Source: Lama guanicoe
Taxonomy: Eukaryota
Direction: 5' to 3'
Assembly: GCA_013239625.1 (NCBI GenBank)
Contig: MU056000.1
Location: 11,173,175-11,237,174 of the forward strand
Length of the DNA: 64,000 nt
Both the position numbers and the translations under genes were made by a program. Below, piece after piece: positions 1 through 13,400 of this stretch. Position 1 is the first letter of the stretch. Each line of letters opens with the position of its first letter. Below the pieces are notes generated by a model. The model saw only the letters and a program-made list of their open reading frames with translations, was not told where the DNA came from and did not search any database.

Positions 1-2946
1 GAATTAAAGTTTTTAAAAGAAGAAAGACCTACCAAGTCATCTGTTCATTGCCCAGAGCAAATTAAACTATTTTCCAGAGTCTGGGAGCCTTATCAGATTT
101 ATCATGTGCTGTATATACAGATTCTTATTTTTACTTGGTTGTGTGTGTTTTTTTTAAACATTGCAATTCATCACTGTTAAAATTATTACTTTAAACTTAT
201 TTCACCTTTTACAGAGTCAGTCTCTACAGGAAGAAAGTGCTGCTTTCACATGGAAAAAGTATCTTACCTTTAGGACGAATTTTGTTTCCTTGAATTCTAA
301 GTTGTATCTTTGTTAAGCATACGTTTCTGCAGCTGCAACATTCATCACCAGGTGCAGCAGACAGAACTCTTCCTTTGTCCTTAATTAGTTCACAAAACAG
401 AAATCCAGTAGCAGAGTGGGGGTCAGGACCAGTTTGAACTGGGGTATGTGTTGGTGATGTTCACCTGATTTCTTTCTGCCTTTCAGCTTTTCTGTGTGCG
501 TCTTCATGGTAGGGTGGACTCTCCTTTTTATACAGTGTGGCTGCTAACAACTTCCAGGGTATTATCCAGAGACAGTGAGAGAGCGTCTTTTCCCTACCAT
601 CGAACAACTTTGGCCATTTAACTGCCTCTCTCTTCTGCCTGGTCAGTCACGGGGCAGTGAGGATGGGCTCGTGTTGAGAGGCTTAGGACGGGCAGCACTC
701 TCTGCTGGAGCTGGAGGTGAATTCGCTGTCACCCAACCATGAGAGAGCCACACAAAGTCAGGGGGATGGGATGGACAGGACAATCACTGCGCTCAGCGCA
801 CTGCTTTAGTCTTTCCTTCCTTTGAGTTCTGGTTTAGGAGGACTGCGGCTCTCTATGAGGTCCTCTGTTGCTGCCATTCATGTTTTCTCAGTTGCTTTGT
901 GCTCAGAGATGCCTGTTGGCAGGGATGATTACCTCTACTCCTATGAAACAGAATTGTGGCTTCCCACTGTTGTTCCAAGGAGACCTCCTCCCAACCCAAG
1001 GAGAGTGGAAGAGATAAAGGAGGAGAATAGTGATACTGTTAGGGAGCATGGCAGGTAATAAAATTGGGTCTTTCATTTGGGGGGGGACTAAGATCACATT
1101 GGACAGGCAAGGTCAGAGGTCATACGCCACAGAGGAGACACAGCTGTGTCAGCTGTGCAGTAAAATAATCCAGCTGTGATTTGGTGATGCAGATATGTGT
1201 GTACGTGCATATACATTTGTGTATGTATACATGTATTTCATTAATGCCAGGCATTTATTTATATACGTTTAACTTCTGTTCAGTAGAGGAAGGAGGAAAT
1301 TAGTTAACAACTCCATCTCGTCCACTTAACCTTTAACTCTTAGGATCGTGGTTTGTGGTTGTAAAGCAGGTTGTAGTATTGCTAGCGGGTTGATAACTTT
1401 TTGAGTCAAGGAGGAGTAAAGAATCTATGAGTGGAAAGGGATCTTGAAGATGACCTCCTCCAAGGTCTTTCTCCCCAGTCAGGTGCCAGCATTGATTGTT
1501 GCTGAAAAGTCTTGAGTAGCTTCCTCAGGGCTTCTCAGCTGGTCAGGAAGAAAATGTGGATCCAAGCTATGAATTCTGGTTTCTTAAGTGCTTTCTTAAC
1601 AGTATTTAGTGCCTGTGTCTTCTCTGTGATAAGAAGCTTGTTTGTTGTAATCTTTGCCAAGCAGGGCTGGTTTGGATCTTTTGTAGTTCCCTTATGCAGA
1701 ATTTTGACAATAGCATTTTGCCCGCGACTCCTTCTTAAATGGGCCATGTGGGATGGGAAACATAGTAAGATTCTAAGATTGTCTTGTGTTAATAAGATTT
1801 AAGATCTGAAAGACATGGCCTTTTTTTTCCCTTTCACTGTTGGTCGACTTACTGCTTGTATATACAAAAAGGAGCGTCAATACTTTTTAAGAATTTAGTA
1901 TTCAGACTTTCCACTTATTTGGATAGGTTGTCACTGATAAACATACTTTGTATAAAATCCTTGAGGTCAGTGATTGGCTGTAGGATACAAAGATCTGTAA
2001 CTGTCAGACATAGACTAGGTTTGAAGCCACAAAATGTTGCTGCCTGTCCCTTCATGACACTCAGTGTTGAAAGGTGAAGTTGGTGAATTCTACACTCTTT
2101 CCCTGCCCTCAGGATCCTGCGGTAAAGTAACCTCTATCACCAAGATGGCTTGTTCACGGAACTGTGTCGAACATGGTGTCTGGCACATGGGGTGTTGGAT
2201 GAATGAGTGAGTGAATCGGAAGAGGCAGTTGTGACTTTATTGACATCAAAAGCTCTTGATGCCAGCAGTGAGCAAGTGGCTTTGAACTTGCCCTCGGATC
2301 CTGCTGGAACCGCCTTGAACTTCAGAAAGAACTCTTGTCCTTCCCTGTCTGTCTGGATTAAGCAAGGTGTGGTCTTGGGCCACCGCAGCCCTTTGGAACT
2401 TTGGAGGAAAATCACTGCTGCAAATTGAAGTGATATTGTTATGAGCATAAAACTGTCTTTTGAATGACTTAAAGTACAATGAGAATTTTCGTGCTGATGC
2501 ACTGATCCTGTAGCCCATCCATGGTCTGAACCTCCCGTTACTCTGCTCAGAACCCAGCTGTGAAGCACCATCTGTCCGCAGCAGAGCAGCCTCTGTCCTG
2601 GTGTCAGCTGACATCTGGGTTAAGTCTTACAGAATTGCCGGAAGGCCCTTAAGTGGGTGTGAGCCTCCGGGAGCAGGCTCCGCCTTGGTGCGTCTAGTGA
2701 AATGTTACCTGGCCTTTTCAGCGTAATACCACCCATGATGGTGTGCCGACGGCTTGCTTTTTCACGTGCTGGAAGACTCTTTTAGGACTTTTGCATCCAT
2801 GATGCATTAAATCTTCCGGCTGATCTTTCTTTTCCCTCCTAATAATGCTGCCATGCGAGGAGACTTGAGTAGATGCTCCTGTGATAGACTCAGGGTAGGA
2901 TTTTCTGCTTTCTGTTTGATTCTGCAGAAGACGGTGTTGGAGAATC

Positions 2947-3385
2947 CACTGGGTTGAACAGTGTCCTCCCCCATCCTTTCCAATTCATGCCCTTCCTGAA
3001 ATGTCAGAACGTGACCTTGTTTGGAAATAGGGTTGCTGCAGATGTAATTAAGATGAGGGCACCCTGGACTAGAGTGGGCCCTTAATTCAAAAAGGCTGGC
3101 ATCCTTGTAGGAAGGGGTACAGAGGCATACAGAGGGAAGCCGGCCATGTGATGGCCAGCAGAGACTGGAGGGATGCTCCCACAAACCAAGGAATGCCAAG
3201 GCTTGCTGGCAACTGCCCGAAGCCAGGAGAGAGTTATGGAACAGGTTCTCCCTGGAGCCCTTAGAGGCAGCAGGGCCCTGCTCGCACCTTGATTTCAGAC
3301 TTGTAGCTACCAAGCCTGTGAGACAATTATTTTAAGCCATCTAGTTAGTGGTCATCTGTTACAGCAGCCCCAGGAAACGAATGCA
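2947..3385 (+). mobile_element. ERVL-MaLR solo LTR, MLT1C-like
   Basis: Typical blocks gtgaccttgtttggaaataggg, ccaaggaatgccaagg, caccttgatttcagac and the end ...acagcagccccaggaaacgaatgca. Confidence 0.85.
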
Positions 3386-4039
3386 GAGAACTGTGTAGTA
3401 GGGCACCACCGGGAAGCTGTATGAATTTTGTAAGTTCTGCTTTGCAAGCTCAACACATAACCAGTATGTAAAGACTCTCTTTTGGGGTAACCCAGATTTA
3501 AGTGGTGCCGTAAGGATGGGGTAGTGCTTTTTAGGAAACATTATGGGAACAGGGCTATTCTATTAGGAATAAACTACCAGTTTATAACCCACTCAACACA
3601 CATGTACTGAGTGCCCATAATATGCCCAGCACAGTGCTTGCTTTGGAGGGGAGAGCAATGGATGGAATAGGTGTGGAATCTCCCCTCATAGGGTGAGGGT
3701 CCAGTTGAGAACAGAGACATGATTGTTTGCAATCAACCTACATATTTTTAGTGTCATTATTAAAAAAAAGCAGTCACACTGAAGAGCAATGAGGTTTTGT
3801 GAATCAGTATTTGGGAACATCACTTAATGGTCCTATTTAAAAACTTAAAAACATACTGCATTTATGTTCAGTTCTATTTGTGTGTGATACAGATTGTGTC
3901 TTGTTTTTCCTAGTGCTAACTACAATCCTTCACATGCAGTAGGTTTAGCAAGTAGTTGTTGAATTAAATTGAATTATTGATGAAGAATAAAAATAGGGAG
4001 GAGAGTTAATAGCTAACGTCTGTTATGTATCTATTATAT

Positions 4040-4225
4040 GTATTTGCCCAGTGAACAACTTACATAATAAGCAACTGACTTATTTACCTCATTTTATTCT
4101 TGCTGTAAAATGTATATTTACTGACACGTTTTACAGATGGAGAAACTGAGATTCTCAGAAAGTATGGAAATTCCTTCATCTCAGCCAGCCAAGATGTGGG
4201 TCCAAGCAGTCTGCCTTTGGCTCCA
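4040..4225 (-). mobile_element. MIR SINE fragment
   Basis: MIR core ttttacagatggagaaactgag. Confidence 0.65.
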
Positions 4226-5054
4226 CGCCCTCCAGGGCAGCATCTCCTGCTTTAGTCCCACTTGCAGACCTCCTGCCACCTTAGGTGGATTTGTTTAAGA
4301 GGGCTGTGTTGAGATCATGTGCCTTCCTTCTTTTTCTTTTTAGTCATCACAGCCTCCAAGAGTCATGTAGATAAGATGGGCTTTAATTGAGATTTTTGTT
4401 TAATGCCGTCTTTGTTCATCAAGGTAAAGAGAGTGACACTCTGATGTGGAATGACCGCTGATCAACTTAAATCATTTCTATTCAACTCTTTCTTTAGCCT
4501 TTGGTTTGTAAGCTGAAACCATGTAAGTGGTTGGCTCCCTTGCAGGGTCCTGTGTGCGCAGTTAAGCTGCGCTGGTGTTTCACGGTTTTGCTTGTGTGGT
4601 GTTGGAGCGGGAACACCCCCTCCTGCGCCGTCTTCCTTGAGGCTGAAGCTCTTGCCCTTCTTAGAGAGAACATGGACCATCTTCATGGAGGGGAGAAAGG
4701 GAATGTCCAGGGAAGCATCCTCTGGGTGTCCAGCTCCAGTCACAGCCCTGTAGGCTTCCGAAGAGCCGAGCTTGGCAGCAGGTGTGTGTTTGGATTCCCA
4801 GAGCCCTGTGCTGCCCCTTCAGCATCTGGGATGGGGGTGTTGGCAGCCCACCCCGAAGCTGCAGTGGGATTGTGAGGAAATGTCTCTGGAGGAGCTGCTG
4901 ACTCTCAGTGGCATTGCCTCTGGTTCTCTCTGGAAGAACTCTGTCCTGTACTCACCTGCTCCAACCGTGGCGCTAGGGATCTGATCTTGACTGGAAATGA
5001 CAAGCACTCGAAGTTTCAAGGTTAAAAATCACAAGCAGCCAAAGCCAGCATCCT

Positions 5055-5510
5055 GTCACAGCAGTGTTATCTACAGTAGACACAAGATGGAAACACCCCA
5101 AGTGCCCATCGGTATGCCCCCAAATATGGTACCTACACACGATGGAATATTATTCAGCAATAAAACAGAATGAAGTACTAATACAGGCTACAACCTGGAT
5201 GAAACTTAAAAACATTGTAAGTGAAAAAAGCCAGACATGAAAGGATGAATTTTACATGATTCTACGTATATGAAATATCTAGAATAAGCTAATTCATCCA
5301 GACGGAAAGCAGATTAGAGGTTATCAGGGGCTGGGGTGGGGGGATGGGGAGATATTGCATAATGGTACAGAATTTGTGTGTCAGGTAATGAAACAGTTTT
5401 GGAAACTGCAGTGATGGTTGTACAACATTGTGAATGGCATGGATGCCACTCAATTGTACATGTGAAAAATAGTTAAAATGGCAAATTTTATGTTATATGT
5501 CTAAATTTAA
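5055..5510 (+). mobile_element. Old L1 (L1MB-like), ORF2 end plus 3' UTR
   Basis: atggaatattattcagcaataaaacagaatgaagtact, gtgatggttgtacaacattgtgaat, gttaaaatggcaaattttatgttat. Confidence 0.85.
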
Positions 5511-7356
5511 AGTAATGGAAAAAAGGCCAGACACCCGAACCAGATCTGGCCTCTCTTAGCCATGAAGCAAATACTAAAAAGTGTCCTTGACTTTTCTCAG
5601 GCTGGGCATAAACCTGTGAGAACCGCGGCCTCTCAGAAGAAGGGCCCAGCACGCCACCTCAGCGTGAAGTCGGTGCTCCGTTAACATAGCTGGTTCCCTG
5701 TCTCTGTCCTGGACCACCCCCGCTTCCCAGCTGTGCATTCTGCTTAGTGGCCTGGTGTCCATTTATTAGGTGCTTTGGGAAACTGAGGTAGAGGAAGTTC
5801 CAGTTAGGATATTCAATAGCTTGAAAGGAAAAACAAAACATGAGTCTGAGAGTTCTCTCTTCCCTTTGCTTTCTTCCTCTTGACCCCTTAGGCTGTACTT
5901 CCAGTCTTCGCCAGGAGCGCACAAAAAGTCGAAGCAAAGCTGCTGACACAATCTACTGTTTTTCACTCGCAGTCAAGGACAGCAGGGGCTTGGATTTCAT
6001 TCCTCCTCATTTCACTCTGCTTTTCTCTCTACTTCAGCATCTTCCATGCTGGGGAACTCCTCTATTGAATCGCTCCCTGTTGGCCTGAAAGAGCTAATAA
6101 GCTTTCACAATATGTGTTCAGTTTCTTTCCAGAAACTAATGTGCACCTGGGCCAGGGATTAAGCCAGATCATTCTTTGAGATAACTATTATTATTATTCT
6201 GTATATGCAGACATTTGAACTGTGGATCAAAGAAGATAAACTATCTCAAGACAACAATCAGGAAAATAACAGTGAATTCAACACACAAACATGACCTGCT
6301 GCTCCCTTGATCTAATTCTGAGATATTGAAGAAGAAATTCTCTTTCCTTTGGTGTGGACATTTAATATTAAATCAAGCTCTCATGGTGCACCAACAGTCA
6401 CTCGGAAACAAGGTACCCCAGAGAAACAGGAAGCAAGGGGCCGAGGCCCCACATGGGTTCACGTGCTTCCTTGTGGATTTCATATCAGAAGTCTGCGGCT
6501 GAAATCCGCAGGAATGAATTCAAATGCACATAATCTGGAATTGATAAAGGCAGTCAGTTTTGCAACTGATTTCTTGGAATCTCAAGAATGTTAGAAATCA
6601 TAGGACCCCGTTGATTCATCTTTTGATCACTTATTGATTGATTTTTCCTATTTCTCCCTTTACCTTCCTCCATATTATCAATAAATAGCAATGGAATATC
6701 TGCTTTGTTTTAAATATCTGCTTTTGCAACATCAGCCTGGGCCCTGGGAGCAAGAAGAGAGAAGCAACTTAGTTTTGTAGTTTTATATACGGCATTTTAA
6801 AATTAAAATAGACTTAAAATCCCCCTCTAATAGGATCCCCATTTAATGAATATTCTTCTTTTCTTCAGACATTGGGAAAACCTGGCACCCTCTAACAGAG
6901 AGCCTGAAGGAATGTGTGATTGGAATCAAACTTTTTTGCTGATGTTCCTGGGTTAACAGCATTCCCCAATAACAAACGATCGACCCGCTAACTTGTCCAT
7001 ACTGTGGTTCAGGATTAGACGTGTGTGTGTTCACCTGTTACTGACAACACTTACCCACCTCAGTGTGTTATTAGTCTTCGCTTGCTTTGGTGTTTGTATA
7101 TTTGATACCTAATTGTTAATTTAGTTGCCCTCATTTGGACCTTTAGCCCACTTGGAAAGAAATTCAGTAAAGAATAAAATTTTATTTTACCAGATCCAAC
7201 AGGCACACTTTGAATATGCTAACAACCCCTAATGGGGGTTTTGGCCATTGATCAAATAAACAAACTTTCATGTAGCAGTTGGATAGAGAGCAGCATTGCC
7301 AACCGTGTTTATGCTTGAGGGGTTTTGCTGGATGTATAAGGCGTGTGTAATTTCAC

Positions 7357-7455
7357 TTATATGCATATATAATATTTACTTACTATATATATAGTATATA
7401 TAATATTTATACTATATATATGCATATATAATATTTACTTACTATTATATATGCA
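7357..7455. repeat. AT-rich minisatellite, about 30-bp unit, about 3 copies
   Basis: atatgcatatataatatttacttactat occurs twice with a variant copy in between. Confidence 0.75.
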
Positions 7456-7594
7456 GGTAATAGCAAAATATGATTAATGTTTTAAGTTTTCATTTCTTGT
7501 TTCCTGATACAAATTGAACTGTGATAAACGGGTCAGTATTAAACAGTCACGCGTGGTAGGCTCTCACCGGCACTGGACGTGATTGACTGGTTTA

Positions 7595-7815
7595 CAAGCC
7601 ATCACTCATCGCAACCTCTCCCAAACCTTGTAAGATGGGTACAGCTCACCTATTTTTAGTAGAGGAAGTAGGTAGTTGGTTCTTTGTTTGTTTTTATCCC
7701 TGTTTTATGGATGAAGACAATAAAGCTCAGAGAGTTAGAGGGATCTTCTCGCGGGCATGGTGCACGGAAGGGGTGGATATGGAATTTAAACTCACGTGGG
7801 TCTGACACCATGACA
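7595..7815 (-). mobile_element. MIR SINE fragment
   Basis: atccctgttttatggatgaagacaataaagctcagagagtt, ggaatttaaactc, tctgacacca. Confidence 0.6.
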
Positions 7816-7817
7816 CA

Positions 7818-8344
7818 CTGTCTGTGTCCACCTGGCCAGGCTGTAATACCCAGCTGTGTCATCAAACACTAATCAAGGTGTTGCCATGAGGGCATTTTGT
7901 AGATGTGGTTAACATCTGCAGTCATAACTTTTAGAGAATTTACCTTCAATAATGACTGTTGATTGGATAGTGGGCCTTCAGTCCAATCACTTGAAGGGCT
8001 TCAAAGTGCAATGTGAGATTTACTGGAAAAGAAGGAATTCTGCCTCAAGACTGCAGCGTTAACTCCCACCTGAGTTTGCATCCAGCTGCTGGCCTGCCTA
8101 CGTGACAGATTTCCGACCTGTCAGCTCCAACTATTATGTGAACCAATTCCTTTAAATATCTCTTTCTAATTCTGTGTTTCTATATATTATTTCTACACAT
8201 ACATCCTACATATATGTATATATAATATATATATATTTATAAAAATAAATTTATAATTTCCCCTGGTCCTTCCGTGTATCTTGATAGGAGATATTTATGT
8301 ATCTCTTATCAGTTCTATTTCTCTGGAGAACCCTGACTGATACA
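7818..8344 (+). mobile_element. ERVL solo LTR, MLT2D-like, with internal AT microsatellite
   Basis: attttgtagatgtggttaacatc, gaattctgcctcaagactgcagc, and the end tttctctggagaaccctgactgataca. Confidence 0.85.
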
Positions 8345-9689
8345 GACAGCAAAGCACGGGCACCATGACACCCATTTGCAAAAGGTGAAAGAGGTTTCCA
8401 TCTCTGTGTTACAGGAGACGAAACAAGATTTAGAGTTTGAGAGACTTGCTCATGGATACACGTGCAACTTGGAAATGGTAGAGCTGGGTTTTGATCACAC
8501 AAAACCACAAATTGCTCCAATTGCACAAGAAGTGGTCAGCCATGCTGGTTGTAGGACAGAGTGGCCAACATTTATTAAGCACATGTCTGTGTGAGAGTCA
8601 CTGGGCTGAGCTCTTTGCCTGGTCTTACTGGGTTTTTGGGGCAGCTTTATGTGGAGGTGAAGGCGTTGGTCACCAGGAGAAGCTACTGCATGCTTTTCAG
8701 ACTTGGCAGAGCTGATCACTTGGAGGGCTTGTTGAAACACGGGTGGCTGAGCTCTACCCCTAGTTTCCCATTTAAGGGCAAGGGAATTAAGCTCCCCCTT
8801 TTGCAGCGGAGTTGACACAGAATTTGTAGATAGATTTTAAAACCATCACACCTCAGTCCTTGCTGGTGTTGATGTCCTCTCAGATCTGGCTGTGCCTCCC
8901 CTTCAGCCCTGAGGTGGTGATTGGCCCTTGTTCTGGCTGCGGAGGCATCACACCGAGTGTTCTGACTCCCCCAGGCAAGTCCCTAACAGACTGTCCTCTG
9001 CTTGGGGTCCTTTCGATGCCACAAGGGAACCCAGGTGACTCCAGGAAGTTGCACCTCAGGACTTCTCTGAGCCAGACCAGACTACCCTGCAGCCTGACTT
9101 GGCCATGCGTCTAGTTGATGCTGGGACATCTAAGGGTGACTGTTCTCCAGTATGCTAATTATGGGGCTTGGGGGACAACACCCTTCTGTCCCCAGAGCTA
9201 CTGTTCCATGTCTAACCCATCTTCCCTTCTCTCAGAGGAAGCCCAGAGAGGAAAAACAAGGATGCGATCTGGGTACGTCTTACCCATGCCTCCCTCTCCC
9301 CTGGTCCTTTCCAGGTTTTTGCAGGTTTTCCCTAGGCTGGGCTTCCTGCCCCATCTTCTGACTTTATATAGAATTCCAGGGTCCAACTGAAAGATCTGGC
9401 CTTTGATTTGCTAAAGGAGGTGAGAAATGGATGCAGTTCCTTCCTAAAACAGTAGCTTGGCTTACAAGAACACTTATACTGCAGATTTGTTTCTGACTAT
9501 TAGAAGCTGAATGTCACCTTGTTCTTTACCTCTGAGTTTCTCCTATAGCATGTTTTCTGTAAGCTCTGCTCTCCCCTCCTGGACCCAACACACACACCCT
9601 TTTTCTCTCCACTTGAACTCACTAAAGAGATGGTTATGCTTCCAGAAGCAAGGCAGAAGAGAAGAGCATGTTAATAGTATCCAAAATAT

Positions 9690-9900
9690 GAGCCCTGTTA
9701 TGCTAAGATTTATAAAATACTTTCTAAATGCACTATCCTAACTGATATATCTGCATTATTTTATTTAATCTGACTCCACCTCGTTTAGAGTTGGAAAAAA
9801 ACTAAAGTATCAAGGGGTTTAATAATTTACTCACTACTAGTAAGTGGCAAATCCAGATATAAACCCTGGCTTCCTGACTCTAGATCCTACACTCTGCCCA
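9690..9900 (-). mobile_element. MIR SINE fragment
   Basis: ctagtaagtggcaaatccagatataaaccctggcttcctgactctaga. Confidence 0.6.
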
Positions 9901-9962
9901 CTTAAGTGTATGTGAAAGCTGGTTACACGCTGTGAAACCAGATTTAATTCAAGATTAGATGA

Positions 9963-10543
9963 ACTTGATTCTCGCTATTTTTGGATTGCATATTTGCAAA
10001 TTGGCCTACCAGCTGAAATTTATTTGTAATTCCAGATCAGGACTCATGATGCTTCATGGCCATCCTTGGACGTACACAGGGAGGTGAATTTGAGTCTGCA
10101 GGTGTACAGGATCTGGGGTTGACAAGATGCCTTCTTGTTTCAGCTCTCGTGCTATAAATAAGTGTTCTTCTTATAGTCTGTTTGGTGCCACTTGTTTTGC
10201 ATTTTTATGCTTTTTCTTGGTGATTTCACTATTTGAAATGGCCCCCAATGGTAGTGCTGAAGAGCTGTCTAATATTCCTACGTACAAGAAGGCTGTGACA
10301 GGCTGTGCATGTAGGCTTGAGTTACTGTGCTGTTGGCCTTGAGTTCAGTGCTAATAAACGAACAGTATATATTTAAAGTGTCTAAAAACACACATACAAC
10401 AAGGTTATGTGTTGATGGGTTGATGAAAATGTGATCAGAGGCTCACAGACACCTAATCCTGTGTTTCCTCTCGGAGCACTGATCCCATGCTGTTAATTCA
10501 GTGTTTGCAGTGACTTCATAGACCATCATCAGAATGGATTGTA
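9963..10543 (+). mobile_element. TcMar-Tigger non-autonomous DNA transposon, MER82-like
   Basis: gccttcttgtttcagctctc, aaatggcccccaatggtagtgctgaag (degenerate MAP... transposase start) and aaggttatgtgttgat; degenerate terminal inverted repeats with a 3' TA. Confidence 0.8.
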
Positions 10544-10629
10544 TCTATCTCTGTATTATCTTGCTTTCTTTAATTATTTAATTCCTTAAATACTCAGGCA
10601 TTTAAAACATTTTTTTTTTATCAAAAGAT

Positions 10630-10900
10630 GCACATTCTTAACGGAGGTGATTGCACCCCCAAGGGAACAAAAGTTGGTTCTTGGTTGAGGGGTGGTGAAA
10701 AATCTTACTTATTTTGTATGTAAAAAGCAGATATATATATATGTGTGTGTGTGTGTGTGCGCGTGTGTGTATAGATGTACACACAGCACATATCAGATCT
10801 ACAGTATATTTGTGGTATTATAATTTCATTTGAAGGTTGATAAGGAAAAACGTCTAAAAAGCTTCCGTGGCGGGAGGGCAATCATGAAACAGTCGCAGGG
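10630..10900 (+). mobile_element. hAT-Charlie-type non-autonomous DNA element with internal (TA)n(TG)n
   Basis: ttcttaacggaggtgattgcacccccaaggg, ttggttcttgg, acagtatatttgtggtatta, tctaaaaagcttcc. Subfamily uncertain. Confidence 0.55.
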
Positions 10901-12445
10901 CATAGTGAGTAATATGAGGAAGCATCTGAAGTGTCTACGAGACTACACAACACAGCATACACCCTCAGTGCTTGCTGTTATTGGAAATATCATTAATGAT
11001 ATCATTTGTTTACCCAATCTTTCCTTTTCTGATAGGCTAACGTTTCTTAAATTGGAGATTGGGGTCATCTGAGGAGTCTGCACACCCATTTTCAGATCTA
11101 TCTGAAATTTCCTCTCAAATGTGTTGTTTTCTTTTGTGCTTTCATTGATACAATAATCTTGAAAATAATAATTGTAGACTGGTTTCCCTCTGTAACAGAC
11201 TCCTCCCACCAGAGTTCATTGTTCAAGTGTGCCCCTGTCTTTTAAGGAAGGAGCTGGGCTTCAGTGGTTATAAGCTAATAAGGAATAAAAGAAGAGCAGG
11301 CTTAAAACACGTGAGTGATACAGTCAGATCAAGTGAGGACCGACTGACATGTGTCCCGCTGTGGCAGGAAGGACTCCCTGAGTCAGATGGAGGGAAGTGG
11401 TGGGCATGGGCGAGTCCTCCCAGGGCCTGGGGTAGCTGGGCGTGCCGAAACCAAGAGCACGTTGGCTTCAGCAGCCAGTATGCAGTCTGCGTTTTGAAAG
11501 GCAATGTAATTTCAGCAAAATAACATCATCTGCCATGTTAAATGAATGCTGTTAATTTGAATTTCATGGGTTGTATTGTTTTGGTGTCCAGTTCGTTATT
11601 TTGTTTTGGTCTTATTGTTGAATCGAATCTAAGGCAGATGGAGTTCATTTATAGCTTTCCATCACGGTGCGTCACTAAGTAACAATTAATACAAATAATT
11701 TCTGTGTGTTAGCGGTGCACAGCAATGCTTTTCTTGCCATATTACAGGGAGGGTTCGCATTACTCAGGTTTGAGGAGAATGATTCTGGACTCGTAGAATC
11801 ATAGACTGTTTGAGTTGCTGGGAATCACTTAGTCCAAACATGTCCACTATTGGATTTGGGCCCTGAGCTTCCTGGGGGAGAAGTGAGGGTCCAAGGTCTA
11901 AGAGCAAGAGCAGCAGACTAAGGTCAGAGACCAGGTTGACATACTTCTAACTGGGCATCTGGTCCAACTTGTCAACCCCCCACCAAAGGTGAACCATGGC
12001 AGATAAATGGTGCTGCCTGACGCACATAAATGACGATACAGTGTTGGAGGGTTTCTCACCATCTCTGCTAACCCTAAGGGAGGAGGATGTGGAATGGGCA
12101 GAGAGGATGGGAATGGCAGCCTTGTTTCAGAGTCACAGTGAGCCATGCGCAGTGGCGAGAAGAAACAGCAGCCATGTACTTGCCTGCCCGGGTGATAACC
12201 CCCGTGAACTTGGATGGTTCCATTAGCAGCATTAGCAAACAAAAATCCTGAAGCTTCTTCAAATGAAGCTCATTTTCTACTTTGTCCTTTTATAGACTGT
12301 TTGCTCACCCCACCTAACTGGGGTGTGTGCCATTGTGCAGGGGAGACTATTGTAAAGCAGTGTTTCTCAGCTGCGTGTAAGAGTTTATTCAGATCATAAC
12401 TTGTGGAGCGAAAAGAGTTCATTTGGGATATAATTGGCTGGTCCT

Positions 12446-12855
12446 TGTTTTAGTTTTCTAGGTCCGCATAACACATTACTGTGAATTTAGCTGCAGCTTA
12501 ACATGACATACATCTGTTATCCCACTGTTTCCTTGGGTCAGAATTCTGGGCTTGGATCAACTGGGTCTTTTGTTCAGGATCTTGCAAAGCTGCAGTCAAG
12601 GTGTTGGCCAGGGCTGCTTTCTCTTCTGAGGTTGGGGTCCTCTACCGTGCTTACGTGGGGCTGGTAGAATTCATTTCTTTGCAGCTGTAGAACTCATAGT
12701 GACTTGCTTCTTCAAGACTAGCAGGAAGGGTCTCTCTCTTTAGACTCTTTAAGAGGGTTTACTTATGTGTTTAGGTCAGGCTCACCCAGGATAATCACCC
12801 ATTTGATTAAAGTCAAACTGCTATAGGAAATTTAATTACAGCTGCACAGTCCTCC
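12446..12855 (-). mobile_element. ERVL-MaLR LTR, MLT1E/F-like
   Basis: gctgcagtcaaggtgttggccagggctg, agaattcatttctttgcagctgtag, aggtcaggctcacccaggataatc. Confidence 0.8.
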
Positions 12856-13400
12856 CCTTGTGGGGAGAGGCATCCCTGTTTGAGAAGTACTGCATTGGAA
12901 AAGCAAAGTGGGTTTAATGAAGAATCCATTAAAGCAGGGAATTTGCTTTTTAAGGTGATGCAGCTATCTGGAGCCAGCAGACTCTTGTTCTTTGGATAAT
13001 GCCTCAGTCTTAGATTTGCTTTTGTCCTTTACTAGGAAATGTACAGTTTACAGTTGCAAATAAAACATTAATACTGTAGATGTGTTTCCCACATGTACTT
13101 TCTTACTCACATGTATGCCAAGATGAGATTGCATTATCATAGTTGACTATGTTTTATAATCTTGTCTGAGTTTATAGTCAAGGCATATTCCAATAGGGCT
13201 TTCATTCTCCTATAATGTGGGTTAGGTATCTCCCATAAGATATTTAATACATAAGGCAAGAAATCTAATAAACTCCATTCTTGGTATTATGACTCCTTTC
13301 TTGGAAACAAGTGATACGGCTTGGTATGGGCTGGAGCAGAAGGCACGGTCCAGTTCTGAAATTACGAAACACAAAAGCTGCTCTTTCTTCTTTTTTCTAG

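Larger units (their letters stand above)
1..13400 (+). other. FBXL7: 3' part of FBXL7 intron 1
   Basis: Lies upstream of the exon-2 acceptor. No exon-1 peptide (MGANNGKQYGSE) or CpG island seen. Confidence 0.8.

Noticed and set aside
330..1100. Possible very old LTR fragments
   Set aside because: Resemblance is too weak to assign a family or boundaries without a profile search.
2137..4984. ORFs of 90-168 aa
   Set aside because: No recognisable protein similarity or exon structure; 2807..3313 is largely antisense MLT1 LTR.
7806..8371. 11-bp direct repeat caccatgacac around the MLT2 LTR as a TSD
   Set aside because: Too long for an ERVL TSD (about 5 bp) and offset from the 3' end of the LTR; probably chance.
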